The translations under genes were made by a program, and so were the position numbers. A model generated the notes under the pieces. That model was given only the letters and a program-made list of their open reading frames with translations. It was not told where the DNA came from and did no database searches. From Podarcis muralis (taxonomy: Eukaryota), in NCBI RefSeq assembly GCF_964188315.1, contig NC_135656.1, positions 76,818,001 through 76,882,000 of the forward strand: a DNA stretch of 64,000 nucleotides. The letters run 5' to 3'. This document shows, piece by piece, positions 13,431-24,561 of this stretch. Every line of letters starts with the position of its first letter. Positions within the stretch are counted from its first letter, which is position 1.

Positions 13431-16400
13431 AGAATAGAATAGAATAGAATAGAATAGAATAGAATAGAATAGAATAGATTCTTTATTGTCATTACACAAG
13501 TGCAACATTGCACAAGTGCAACGAAATTGGATGCCATCCCTTAAAAACAACAAAAGCAAAACAACAACAACAACCAAACAAACCACATTCCAGCCACACC
13601 CACACCAACACCCATCAAACTCCCAGGTCACACTATCGAGTTACAGCATTCAAAAAGGCCACAGCTCTTGGATAGAAACTGTTTTTCAGTCTATTTGTCC
13701 TTGACTTGATGTTTCTATATCTCCTGCCAGAAGGCAGTAGTGCAAACAGACTGTGTCCCGGGTGAGATGAATCCTGCAGGATGTTGTTTGCTTTCCTAAG
13801 ACAACGGGAACCGTACAGTTCTTCCAAAGATGGGAGAGGATGACCAATAATCCTTTGGGCTGTGGTTATGACCTTCTGGAGCACCTTCCTCTCCCTAGCT
13901 GTACAACTGGAGAACCAAGCACAAATACAGTATGTAAGAATGCTCTCTATGGAGCCTCGGTAGAAGGACACCAGCAGTCTCTCACTCAGATTGTTCTTCT
14001 TTAAAAGTCTGAGGAAATAAATTCTCTGCTGGGCCTTCTTCACCAGAGCAGTGGTATTTGCGCTCCAAGTCATGCCCTGATCGATAGTTACTCCCAAAAA
14101 CCTGAATTCCGCCACCCTCTCCACCCGTTCCCCGTTGATATACAAGGGCTGAATGTCCGCCTTTTTTTCCCTGTAATCCACCACCAATTCCTTGGTCTTA
14201 GCCGTATTAAGAGCCAGATTGTTCTCTCCACACCAAACACAGAGTCGCTCCACCTCGTCCCGATAGGCGGACTCATCCCCTCCTGAAATGAGCCCTACCA
14301 CCGTAGTGTCATCAGCAAACTTGATGATTTTGTTGCTGGAATAGATGGCTGTACAGTCATACGTATAGAGAGCATAGAGCAGGGGACTCAACACACAACC
14401 CTGTGGTGAGCCGGTGTTAAGGCTAAGGGCTGTGGACATATGTGACCCTACTCTAACCCTCTGAGAACGTTCTGACAAAAAATCCAAAACCCAGAGACAG
14501 GTGGAGTTGGAGAGTCCAATCGCCTCTAGCTTGGACACCAGTCTATGGGGGAGGATAGTGTTAAAAGCAGAGCTAAAATCCACAAACAGCAGCCTCACAT
14601 AACTCCCCGGCTGCTCCAGATGGGACAGAGCAGCATGGAGAGTGGTGGTGATAGCGTCTTCTGTGGATCTATTTGCCCTGTATGCAAACTGGTAGTTGTC
14701 AAAAGTTGATGGAAGACAGGAAATAATGTGACGGCGCACCAGTTTCTCAAAACACTTCATGATGATTGGAGTCAGTGCAACTGGTCTGTAGTCATTCAAA
14801 CTACTGATTGTGGATTTTTTAGGCAGAGGGACAATAGTTGACGACTTCAGGCAGGGTGGGACAATAGACTGGTGTAAGGACTTATTGAAGATCTTAGTAA
14901 AGACCCTCGCCAGCTGATCCGCACAGCCCTTCAACACCTTTCCAGTGATGCCATCAGGTCCAGCCGCCTTCCTCGGATTCGCCATCCTCAATACCTGTCT
15001 CACCTCATGTTCCTCTACCGTGAATGAGGGGCCCCTATGGGCTGGTGGCTGTAATACCGGCGTCTCAGGTGGCTCCTTCTCGAAGCGAGCAAAGAAGAGG
15101 TTAAGCTCCTCCGCCAGCAAAGGGTCACCGTCGACAGCACCAAGGTTAGGTTTGTAGTTGGTAATATGCTGAATCCCCTGCCACATCTGTCTTGTGTTGT
15201 TGCTCCTTAAATTATCCTCAATCCTCAGCCTATAATCCAATTTTGCCCGTCGAATACCCCTCTTCAAGTTTGCTCTTGCCACACTGTAAAGCTGCACCTC
15301 GCCTGACCTGAAAGCCCTGTTCCTTTCCCGCAACAGGCACTGGACCTCTCTATTCATCCAGGGTTTCTGATTGGGGTAAAACCGGATGGATTTATTTACT
15401 GTGACAGTGTCTGTGCAGTGATTGATATAGCACAGAACTGCCGCCGTGTGCTCCTCCAGGTCTGAACGATCGAAAATATCCCAATTGGTTCTCTCAAAAC
15501 AGTCCTGCAGCTGGTGAATAGCACCTTCAGGCCAGATTTTAACAGATTTTAATATTGTGGGAGCCCGTTTCCTGAGTGGGATATATGCTGGTACCAGGAA
15601 CAGAGACATATGGTCGGACTGGCCCAAGTGTGGCAGCTGTAAAGCCCTATAGCCGTGATTTACATTCGAATAAACTTTATCCAGTGTCTTGTCCCCTCTT
15701 GTGGGACATTTCACATGCTGATAGAGCGTTGGGAGCACTGTTTTAAGTTCAACATGGTTGAAGTCTCCCGCAATGATGTGCACAGCTTCAGGATACTTGT
15801 CTTGCTGGCTGCTGATAAGGCTCTGCAGGCATCCCAAAGCCAAGTTGGCATTGGCATCTGGTGGCACGTACACACCAGTTAACATAACAGCTGTGAACTC
15901 CCTAGGGAGATAGGCTGGTCTACATTTAACAGCCACATATTCCAAATCCGGTGAACAGTGACTGCCCACAGTCTTCGAATTATTGGACCAGCATTTGTTC
16001 ACATATACACACAGCCCCCCTCCTTTGGTTTTTCCGAAGTCCATGCCTCGGTCATGACGATGTACCGCACAGCCTTCCAACTGAATAGCTGTGTCTGGTA
16101 TGGACGGTTGAAGCCATGTCTCAATGACAAATAAAACACAGCAATCTTTTACAAGGCTGTTCTTTGCTGCCTGCAGCCTCAATTCATCCATCTTGTTGGC
16201 AAGAGATCTCACATTAGCAAGAAATATGCTAGGGAGCGGTGGTTTAGATGGACTCCTCTGCAATCTTACCAGGACGCCAGCCCGACAACCCCGCCTTTGC
16301 CTCCTGTCTCTACGCCGCCTTCGCCTCCTCCCTGGAGGCATAGTAATCCATGGAGAGCCCGGTGGCCTGGCTACTCCCACAGGAACGTTATCTGGGCGAA

Positions 16401-16574
16401 AATAATCAGCTCTTACAGCTTGTTCACACTGTAACCCGACCTTCAGAAGTTCCTGCCTGCTGTAAATCTTTCTTGCCCGGCCAGACATACTCAGACCAAG
16501 TAAAAATAATAAAAACAAAACAAAACGCTGAGGGAGAGCACTAAGCCGCAGCGTCTATGCGCGCCGCCATCTTG
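13431..16574 (-). mobile_element. Full-length Rex1/Babar-clade non-LTR retrotransposon (single ORF)
   Basis: The 5' end is CAAGATGGCGGCGC at 16574, followed by an 86-nt 5'UTR and one uninterrupted ORF. The 3'UTR ends AATTTCGTTG...AATGACAATAAAG, then (ATTCT)9 at 13431-13475. No clear TSD found. Confidence 0.9.
13633..16488 (-). CDS. APE endonuclease + reverse transcriptase polyprotein, 951 aa from first ATG
   Basis: APE motifs ANVRSL, IETW, AGDFN, TLD and SDH. RT motifs YRPVALT, QFAYR, LFVDFSSAFN, PQGCVLSP, KFADD and FLGV. C-terminal KKAQQRIYFLRLLKK (DUF1891-like). Arg-rich N-terminus YSRQELL...RRRRRRR..RRGCRAG is typical of Rex1-type elements. No stops or frameshifts. Confidence 0.95.
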   Translation of the reverse strand: MSGRARKIYSRQELLKVGLQCEQAVRADYFRPDNVPVGVARPPGSPWITMPPGRRRRRRRDRRQRRGCRAGVLVRLQRSPSKPPLPSIFLANVRSLANKMDELRLQAAKNSLVKDCCVLFVIETWLQPSIPDTAIQLEGCAVHRHDRGMDFGKTKGGGLCVYVNKCWSNNSKTVGSHCSPDLEYVAVKCRPAYLPREFTAVMLTGVYVPPDANANLALGCLQSLISSQQDKYPEAVHIIAGDFNHVELKTVLPTLYQHVKCPTRGDKTLDKVYSNVNHGYRALQLPHLGQSDHMSLFLVPAYIPLRKRAPTILKSVKIWPEGAIHQLQDCFERTNWDIFDRSDLEEHTAAVLCYINHCTDTVTVNKSIRFYPNQKPWMNREVQCLLRERNRAFRSGEVQLYSVARANLKRGIRRAKLDYRLRIEDNLRSNNTRQMWQGIQHITNYKPNLGAVDGDPLLAEELNLFFARFEKEPPETPVLQPPAHRGPSFTVEEHEVRQVLRMANPRKAAGPDGITGKVLKGCADQLARVFTKIFNKSLHQSIVPPCLKSSTIVPLPKKSTISSLNDYRPVALTPIIMKCFEKLVRRHIISCLPSTFDNYQFAYRANRSTEDAITTTLHAALSHLEQPGSYVRLLFVDFSSAFNTILPHRLVSKLEAIGLSNSTCLWVLDFLSERSQRVRVGSHMSTALSLNTGSPQGCVLSPLLYALYTYDCTAIYSSNKIIKFADDTTVVGLISGGDESAYRDEVERLCVWCGENNLALNTAKTKELVVDYREKKADIQPLYINGERVERVAEFRFLGVTIDQGMTWSANTTALVKKAQQRIYFLRLLKKNNLSERLLVSFYRGSIESILTYCICAWFSSCTARERKVLQKVITTAQRIIGHPLPSLEELYGSRCLRKANNILQDSSHPGHSLFALLPSGRRYRNIKSRTNRLKNSFYPRAVAFLNAVTR

Positions 16575-16774
16575 TATATCTTGTATCCGGTTACTGGCTA
16601 TTGGATTCCCATTAAACCACTCCTTTCCTTATCTGCTTGTTCAAGGCTGAATTAATTTTCGGTCCTCTTCACAATCAGGAAGGTGCAAATCCCGTGTAGA
16701 CAAATGGCATCCCAAAGCCAGCGCCCTACAGCAGCTGAACTGCCAGTTGGACTTTAACTGCCAGTTGGACTTTA

Positions 16775-16983
16775 CCTGGCTACTCCCACAGGAACGTTAT
16801 CTGGGCGAAAATAATCAGCTCTTACAGCTTGTTCACACTGTAACCCGACCTTCAGAAGTTCCTGCCTGCTGTAAATCTTCCTTGCCCGGCCAGACATACT
16901 CAGACCAAGTAAAAATAATAAAAACAAAACAAAACGCTAAGGGAGAGCACTAAGCCGCAGCGTCTATGCGCGCCGCCATCTTG
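16775..16983 (-). repeat. Second copy of the first 209 bp of the Rex1-like element
   Basis: Matches 16366-16574 with 2 substitutions by eye and has the same CAAGATGGCGGCGC start. Confidence 0.95.
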
Positions 16984-17922
16984 AATTTTAACTATATTTG
17001 TATCATACAAGTAGTAAAGAACATGTTCAAACAAAAAACATATCCAGCCTTCAAATCATTTGAGCTGAACAGATACACCAAGGGCATTAATCATAAGTGA
17101 AACTGAAGTTTTCCGAACACTTTAAAGCTGTAATTTAATTTGGCATAAAATTGCTTTCTGATCACATGGTATATGTGATCAAACAACTGTGTCAGGATTG
17201 TTTTCTAGTGTCTTTGTGTGCCTGCAGATAGGATTATTTTAATCTCTTCATTGTTGTGCCTGGCAGAGTTAATTTCCAGCACAGCAAGTATCGATTAACA
17301 CTGACCATATTCCCTTCCTTACCCCCATGGTATTCCATGGGGTTTGTGCTTGCTTGATTTCCATCCCCACTCAGGTTCAGGACTGATATCCAAATTAGTT
17401 CCTGAGAGCATGTTTTCGCCACACACAAAATTCAATCCCAAGAATTATGTGGTGATGTTGCTGAACACCCCCTTGCTGTGCCAAGCAGAATGCCTCCCTT
17501 TCATCTTCCCATGGATGTTGCAATGGCTGTGTGAGTTCCTGTGATGTAAACAGATGCCCAAAGGCTGCTTACAAATCTCAGTCTGAATGCTCAAATGCCA
17601 GCTCCAAGTATAGCACAGAGTCTTATGAAATGGAAAGAGGGCAAAGTATTACAAAGAAAATGGCTTCATTTACTTCATGAAATAGCATTTGTGGCGATTC
17701 TACAGTGCTGTGTGTACTAAAATTGCCCTCTTTTACTGGTTATAACCTCTCTCTTTCTGGTTATAACCTCACTCTGGACATTTCTGTCCTGACTGTGCCG
17801 TGACAGTGTCTCTTAAAGAAAAAGAAATAACAGAGCACAGTTTTGAGTGAAGCAAAGACTGAGAACAACACACAGCTGCAAATAAAATGTTTAAAGTGTG
17901 TTTTAAGTGCAATATACAATGT

Positions 17923-17940
17923 GACACTAGATGGCGGTGG
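17923..17940 (+). promoter_or_regulatory. Candidate CTCF site
   Basis: GACACTAGATGGCGGT is close to the CTCF core CCACTAGATGGCGC. Motif match only. Confidence 0.3.
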
Positions 17941-18420
17941 TGAGCCTTATGGAAAATTCAAAGCATTTTTAGAATGTTATTTATATGTGTGTAGATTCCA
18001 CCACAGAGAGAGCAGAGCTGAGCTCTGTAAATTCTGTATCTTAGGGTCCTGCCTCCCTTTCTAGAGATCTGATGCAGGAACATTGGTCAGTGTTTCTCTG
18101 ATGGAGTTTTGAAACGGTGCCTCTATCTACACAAAACTTGTATGTACGTAAATAAGCTCAAGTATTACAAAATGTTAATTAGTCTCCAGTAACCTTCTTC
18201 CATAGGAAACCAAGCCTCGGTAATCTCTGGATCTCTCTTGGGAGTTCTCAGCCCTCAGAGATGTGGGGTGGACATAACAACAAACTGGGCAGTGTATTTA
18301 CAGTTGCATTATTTATTTTATTTAGGGTGGTTTTTCTAATGTGCCAGTTGCCCTCTGGTTTCTTTTTCTACTGTTCTGTATGTTGCATTGTGTGATGCTG
18401 CAAGATGGCTTTTCTCTCTA

Positions 18421-18606
18421 ATAAGAACCCAGGAAGCTGATTTCTACTGAGTCAGACACTGGTCCAGGTAGCACACAGTACACACTGAGTGGCAGCAGCT
18501 CTCCAGGGCTTCAGACAATGAGTCTCTCCTAGTCCAACTTGGAGATGCCAGGAACTGAACCTCTTACCTTCTGCATGCAAAGTGGTTGCTCCATCAATCA
18601 GCTTCC
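18421..18606 (-). mobile_element. Squam3-like tRNA-derived SINE
   Basis: Minus strand reads CTTTGCATGCAGAAGG..GGTTCAGTTCCTGGCATCTCC...CCCTGGAGAGCTGCTGCC...CTGACTCAGTA..CAGCTTCCT. Confidence 0.7.
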
Positions 18607-18909
18607 TCCTAAAAAACAAACAAACCTCTATACAAGGTAGAATTCAAGACAGTGTTCAGTTTATGTATACTGCATAAGTCCTAACCCATGCCTCCACTGT
18701 GCCGATCTGAAACCCCGGCTGAGTAGCCCTAGAGCAAGCAGGTTTGTATGATGGATCGGAGCCCTTTAGCAAGTGCCTGTTGGGCCTCATCCTGAGAAGA
18801 ACGTAACATAAGAAGAGCCCTGTTAGATGAGACCAAAGGCCAACCAGGAGCCAAACAGGACATGAGGGCCACAGCGAGGGGTGGGGGCACCTGTCCATTT
18901 TTCTCAATA

Positions 18910-19113
18910 CAGTGGTACCTCGGGTTATGAACTTAATTCGTTCCGGAGGTCCGTTCTTAACCTGAGGTACCACTTTAGCTAATGGGGCCGGCAGGCAATT
19001 TCCGTTCTCATCCTGGGGCAAAGTTCTTAACCCGAGGTACTATTTCTGGGTTAGTGGAGTCTGTAACCAGAAGTGTTTGTAACCCGAAATATTTGTAACC
19101 AGAGGTACCACTG
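18910..19113 (+). mobile_element. Tigger/pogo-like MITE, family A, internally deleted
   Basis: TIRs and TA TSD present; lacks part of the centre. Confidence 0.9.
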
Positions 19114-19180
19114 TATCTCATTTTTCCATTTTCTCCCCCCCCCCGCCATTCTTAAGTGCAACTATCTACATTTCCACATC

Positions 19181-19184
<4 letters not shown>

Positions 19185-19213
<29 letters not shown>
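19185..19213. repeat. (TAGT)n microsatellite
   Basis: Read directly from the sequence. Confidence 0.9.
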
Positions 19214-20384
19214 TAAAGAGTAAGTACGAACATTCATCCATGAATTTAACCTTAACAGATACATTTTGGAAAAGCATTTTTGCCCAATATACATATTTGT
19301 GTGCAATATATCACGCCAGAGAGGACGCTCAGGGGCAACTGTATGGATATCCCTCCCTCATCTCACCATCTCAGTCAGAAGTCATCTCTCCAATGGCTTC
19401 ATGAATTATTTCCTTGTTATGATATCCATGTCAAAATGCACAAAATTGTCCTTTTATGTTCATAACAATGCTTCCCTTGTTTTAAAGTCACCTTTGTGCA
19501 CAGGATGGCTGTGTCTCAGCACTCCTCCAATGAGCCCATTGTAAATAAAATGGATAGGTCATCTTCTCTGCAGTCAACCATTCTTTTTTATTATCTTGAC
19601 AGAACACATGTAGCTCTAATGATCTAAACTGGGTATATCTGAATAGACGGCAAAATGTTTTGCTGCTTACAATTTATTCATATAAGAGTGCCCCCAGAAT
19701 GCTACTCAACCAGCTTATAAAAGGAGAGCCTTATGTTTCTGAGGCATGGGAGGATTAAGTCCAAACCAGTCCAAGCATGCATTCATATGACCCTGGTGTG
19801 TTCATAGTCCGTTTTGTCTTCTTGAGAAAGCTCACTGAAAGTTTTCCTTCACGAAACTGAGAATCTTATGCAACCAACTTTACATAAAACAGGTTTATGT
19901 GTCTTCCCAAAAGAGTAAGACTACTAGAAAAGGGCTTGGCTTCAAATATTGTTGCATGGCAGGTACTCTTCTCAGATTTAAATAATTTCAGCACTTGTAC
20001 TTTATATGCCAAGACTGTTTCTGCAGAATTTTGTTGCTCCCGGAGTTTTCTCCAGTAACAAAACTCTACTTTTGAAAGTGGGTTCTCCTTTAAATGTGAA
20101 CCAAATCCAGTATCTGCTCCACCGCAGTCCATGCCTGTTGTTTACATTCTTGCTCTGGTGTGGGCTTGTTGTGGGCTTATGCTGGTGATTGGCTGGGCAT
20201 GTGCACCTGGTGAGCAGGGTTCAGGGGTCGCCGGCAGTGGTGGCGTTGATATGAATGCCATGGAGGTATGTCTGTGGCTTTTGCTGACCTTGGGTGCTTT
20301 CTGCCAGCAAGTGCTCCTCCCAGACACCAACAGGGATTTGGTCGAAGCATCTTTAGTTCTGGTGGATTGCAAAAGTGCAGGTTC

Positions 20385-21210
20385 CTATTTATTTATTATT
20401 TATTGAATTTATATACCGCCCTATACCCAGAGGTCTCAGGGCGGTTCACAGAAAAGATCACAATATATAAAATGAAAATAAAAACAATAACCCAATAACA
20501 CCCCCCCCCCAAGAGCCACATTTTCAGTCAGGTCAATCCAAGGCCTGGTTAAAAAGGAATGTTTTTGCCTGGTGCCTAAAGGCATATACAGTGGTACCCC
20601 GCAAGACGAACGCCTCGGAAGACAAAAAACTCGCTAGACGAATGAGTTTTTCGTTTTCTTAGCCGCTTCGCCAGACGCATTTCCCTATGGGCTTGCTTCG
20701 CAAAACCTCTCCCCGCTGCCTCTTCCCTTGCTTTAAAACAGGTCCGGGGACAGAGGGGAAGGCGCGCACGCCTTCCCCTCTGTCCCCGGAGATTGCGGGG
20801 CAGGCAACGGGGAGAAGCAATCTTCTCCCCACTGCCCCTTGCTTTAAAACAGGTCCGGGGACAGAGGGGAAGGCGCGCGGCGCTTCCCCTCTGTCCCCGG
20901 ACGGTCTCCATAGGAACGCATTGATTGATTTTCAATGCATTCCTATGGGAAACCGTGCTTCGCAAGACGAAAAACTCGCAAGAAGAAAAAACTTGCGGAA
21001 CGAATTAATTTCGTCTTGCGGGGCACCACTGTAATGAAGGTGCCAGGCAAACTCTCCCTGGGGAGAGCATTCCATAGATGGGGAGCCACTGCAGAGAAGG
21101 CCCGTTCTCATGTTACCACCCTCTGGACCTCTCAAGGAGGAGGCACACGAAGGAGGGCCTCAGAAGGTGATCTTGGGGTCCGGGTCGGTTCATATGGAAA
21201 CCTACTCGGG
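20385..21210 (-). mobile_element. L2 3' fragment with nested MITE
   Basis: TTTATATACCGCCCTATACCCAGAGGTCTCAGGGCGGTTCACA tail; L2 body resumes after 21033. Confidence 0.75.
20589..21031. mobile_element. Tigger/pogo-like MITE, family B, nested in an L2 3' end
   Basis: TIR CAGTGGTACCCCGCAAGACGAA...TTCGTCTTGCGGGGCACCACTG, TA TSD, internal ~42-bp direct repeat, CpG-rich. Confidence 0.88.
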
Positions 21211-22434
21211 TTCAAATAGATTCATATCCTATAGTCTGGATTGCTCTGATCCCACCACATCCCAGATCGTTTTTACTTTCACTATACAAACATGTGAATG
21301 ATTATATATGTTCTTTCTAAATCAGCAGTCATTATGATGTAATAAGGAAACGGGGGGGGGGGGGAACCCTCTTGAACATGAAGCATCATTTCTCTGGCAA
21401 TAAATTCCAACAAGTTTGCACATGAACTCAGGACCTTTGCTAGTTCCAACCCAGCCCTTGTATCATGATAGGATGGGTCATCCTGTCAGCTAAGGCAGAT
21501 GCTGAGGAGAGCAAAAGGGATCGAAATGAATAAGAAAATGTCTTGCTCAATGTGGATAGAAGTGTTCCAAAGTTATTTATAAGTATGCTCCATTAGAATT
21601 GCAGGCAAGTAAATTTAGGAATGAAGCCTCTTTTCATAGACTAAACTTAGCCTTTTTATACCCAAGCCAATCTTTCAAGTGTGTATAGTTGTGAAAGCAA
21701 GTTGAGGTAATTATGGAGGAGTTCCTGCTTGAGGCTGAAATCCTACTGCTGAATCTTTCAGGGAAGCTGATTTTCATGCGCTGTGCACTCTTTGCTTTGC
21801 CTTTAACGCCTGCCCTCTCGTTCAGATTGGAGCCATCAAACCTGGAATCACCAGTGCATTGCTTAATTACTCTAATGAATCGATTTGTGTCTAAAGTGTC
21901 TTGGAAAAAAAATATGAAGGCAGCTCAAAAACAAAACAAAAAAATAGCATCTCAGCTCTCAATTATCACGGCTGGTGGTCAGCGTGCTGATAGGACGAGA
22001 ATCTGGAATTCTGATATTGCAGTTGTAGTTGAGAGGGCTTGATAGACAAATAAGAAATTGACTGTGAAATTGTTCTATGCAAATGTTCTTCCTTGAAAGG
22101 AGGTGAATGGCATGTCATCCTGTGGAATGATTTACATGAGCAACAGTGGCAGAGAGCCTCGTGAAACAAGAAAATATAGGCTCAGTTTGCTGGAATGACA
22201 ATTTTGGTTCTTTGCTATTTTGATGTTTTGCTTTTTTATATTTCTTTTACATGGTTGGTTTTATGATTTTGTATGGATTTGTATATTTTTGATATCATTA
22301 CGTTATGGCAGATTTGTAGAAGGCTGGCATGTGTTCTAACCTGGTTTTCAGTTTATTGTTGATTTTAATTATTTCTGAATGTTTTAAACTTTTTTTACTG
22401 ATAATGTCATTGTTTTACATTGTTTACCTTGTTC

Positions 22435-23067
22435 TCAAACTTAATCTGTTCCGGAAGTCTGTTCCAAAACCAGAGCGTTCTAAAACCAAGGCGTGCTTTC
22501 CCATAGAAAGTAATGCAAAATGTATTAATCTGTTCCAGACTTTTAAAAACAACCCTTTAAACAGCAATTTAACATGAATTTTCCTATCACAAACCATTTC
22601 TGGGTTAGGGTTAGGCCTAATTTTAGGATTGGGTTAGTGTTGGTGTAAGGATTAGAATTAGAATTAGGGTTAGGGTCAGGGTTTGGGTCAGTTATGTTTT
22701 CTTGTGATTTTGATTCATTCGCAGATGGTTTGCTTTTTTCCAATTTGTTGTATTGCTGCTTTTTCATGAGTTGCAAGTTTGTTGGCTTTGTGGTTTTCTG
22801 GATAGTTTCAGTTTTAATTTTGAATGCTCAGTTGGGGAGTGCTAAGCCTCCACTCCCCAGCTGAGCTGCCCCACCCAGCTCCTACTCCCATGCAAGCAGG
22901 AATGGGGACACTCAAAACGGAAGTGTGGCACTGAGAAAGGAAGTGTAACACTCAAAATGGACACATTCAGATTCCGAAAAAAGTTCACAAACCGGAATCC
23001 GGGTTTGCGTTGTTCACATTCCAAGTCGTTCGTGAACTAAGCTGTTCAAAAACCGAGGTACCACTGT
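22435..23067. mobile_element. Tigger-like MITE relic (right TIR only) interrupted by other sequence
   Basis: Right TIR CCGAGGTACCACTG followed by TA; left part has TTAATCTGTTCC subterminal repeats. Confidence 0.6.
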
Positions 23068-23168
23068 ATCCTTTTTTAAAAAACCACTTTGAAGTTTCTT
23101 TTACAATCAAGTGGCATATAAATTTTATGAAATAAAATAATATAATAAATATGTTGTTGAATGGTCTA

Positions 23169-23207
<39 letters not shown>
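23169..23207. repeat. (AAT)n microsatellite
   Basis: Read directly from the sequence. Confidence 0.95.
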
Positions 23208-23389
23208 CCAAATTTTAAAATAGCACTACTAACTACTAACTTGGAAGCATATCGAGACATACACCATTTAGAAATCAAGGAAATATATTTGGTTGCTTCT
23301 TTCAAACCCAGAAATTCTCATGAAACTCATCACTACTTGACTCGGAAATCTTCATTTGATTGTGTTAAATGTTCAGGATATATATATAT

Positions 23390-23391
<2 letters not shown>

Positions 23392-23432
<41 letters not shown>
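23392..23432. repeat. (TG)n microsatellite
   Basis: Read directly from the sequence. Confidence 0.95.
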
Positions 23433-23434
<2 letters not shown>

Positions 23435-24561
23435 ACGCACACACATTCATTTTAATTCCCCAAATTGTGTTACATATCCTTTATCATAGTTGTATTTGCA
23501 TCTGCCTAGGAGATTTGACCAGCAGCTTTAACCTTCTCGCCCTCTGGGACACCTAGGGAAATTTTGGAAGGAAATCATTTTGGAAATTAGCTTGGAGATT
23601 TGCCCACTGTGTCTATGGGTAATATAAAATGGCAGGTGCAAGAAACGTAATATGGCACCTGGAACTGATATTCCTAATGTAAACTGCTGGGAACCCTAAA
23701 TGTCATTGGAGCAGCATACATTTTTAGTACATTTGTGAGAAGAAGTACCTTGTATATGGGGTGGAAACTTTCGTGTGAAGAAACTGTAGGAGAGAGAAAC
23801 AGACACTTCTCTGAAAGTGATAGCTTTCCTGTTCTGACTGAGCACTAGATAGATAGATCCACAGGATACTGAATGCAAGCCTGGGAATCTGGCTGGCGGT
23901 AATATCACAGCAAGTATTTGGGCCCTGGTGTTATGAACAGATAGCAGGTTGCCGAGGGAATACATTTCAGAGTCGGAGGCATCAAGGCACATTTGGTTCC
24001 GGTAGCAAAGTGGTAACCAACTTGCACTAAAAACTCTTTAAAATGTGAGCAGTCAGTGTCATGCTGAAGCCATGAACGCACTCAAGATAATGGTTCTTCT
24101 TTCTCTGAAAAGAAAAGTAATTGGGAAGTTTCAAGGAAGAGCAGCTGAGATTCTCTTTTATGAGTGGCACCTTAGGAGAGGATTCTCGGCGAAGGAGGCA
24201 GCCTTGAGAAGTTCTGCACAGCAGAACATTCTCAGATTGCCATTCCCCCTGTGCGCCCCCTGAATCAGTTCTAGGGATTCCCTCAGCTTGCTGGAGAAGA
24301 CCCAGGGAAGGGAAGGGATGTGTGCAGAGGAAGGAAAGGAGGGAAAGGTCCCATGGACCAGGAGAAGTCCTTGCAATGATTGAGTACAGTAGTTGAATAC
24401 TGCCCAATGGGCTTAAGTTGTATGGTGATCAATTTTGTTTAAAAGTTAAAAGAAACTTCTTAATAGTAAAAGCAACTTGACAGTGAAACCACCTATCCAG
24501 CAGGATTGTGGGCTCTCCCTCACTACTCCAAGAAAGCCTGGACAGTCATCTGTTGGGTGGA

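Noticed and set aside
24027-24407. 126-aa minus ORF after a strong polypyrimidine acceptor
   Set aside because: No recognisable homology; pyrimidine tracts are common here.
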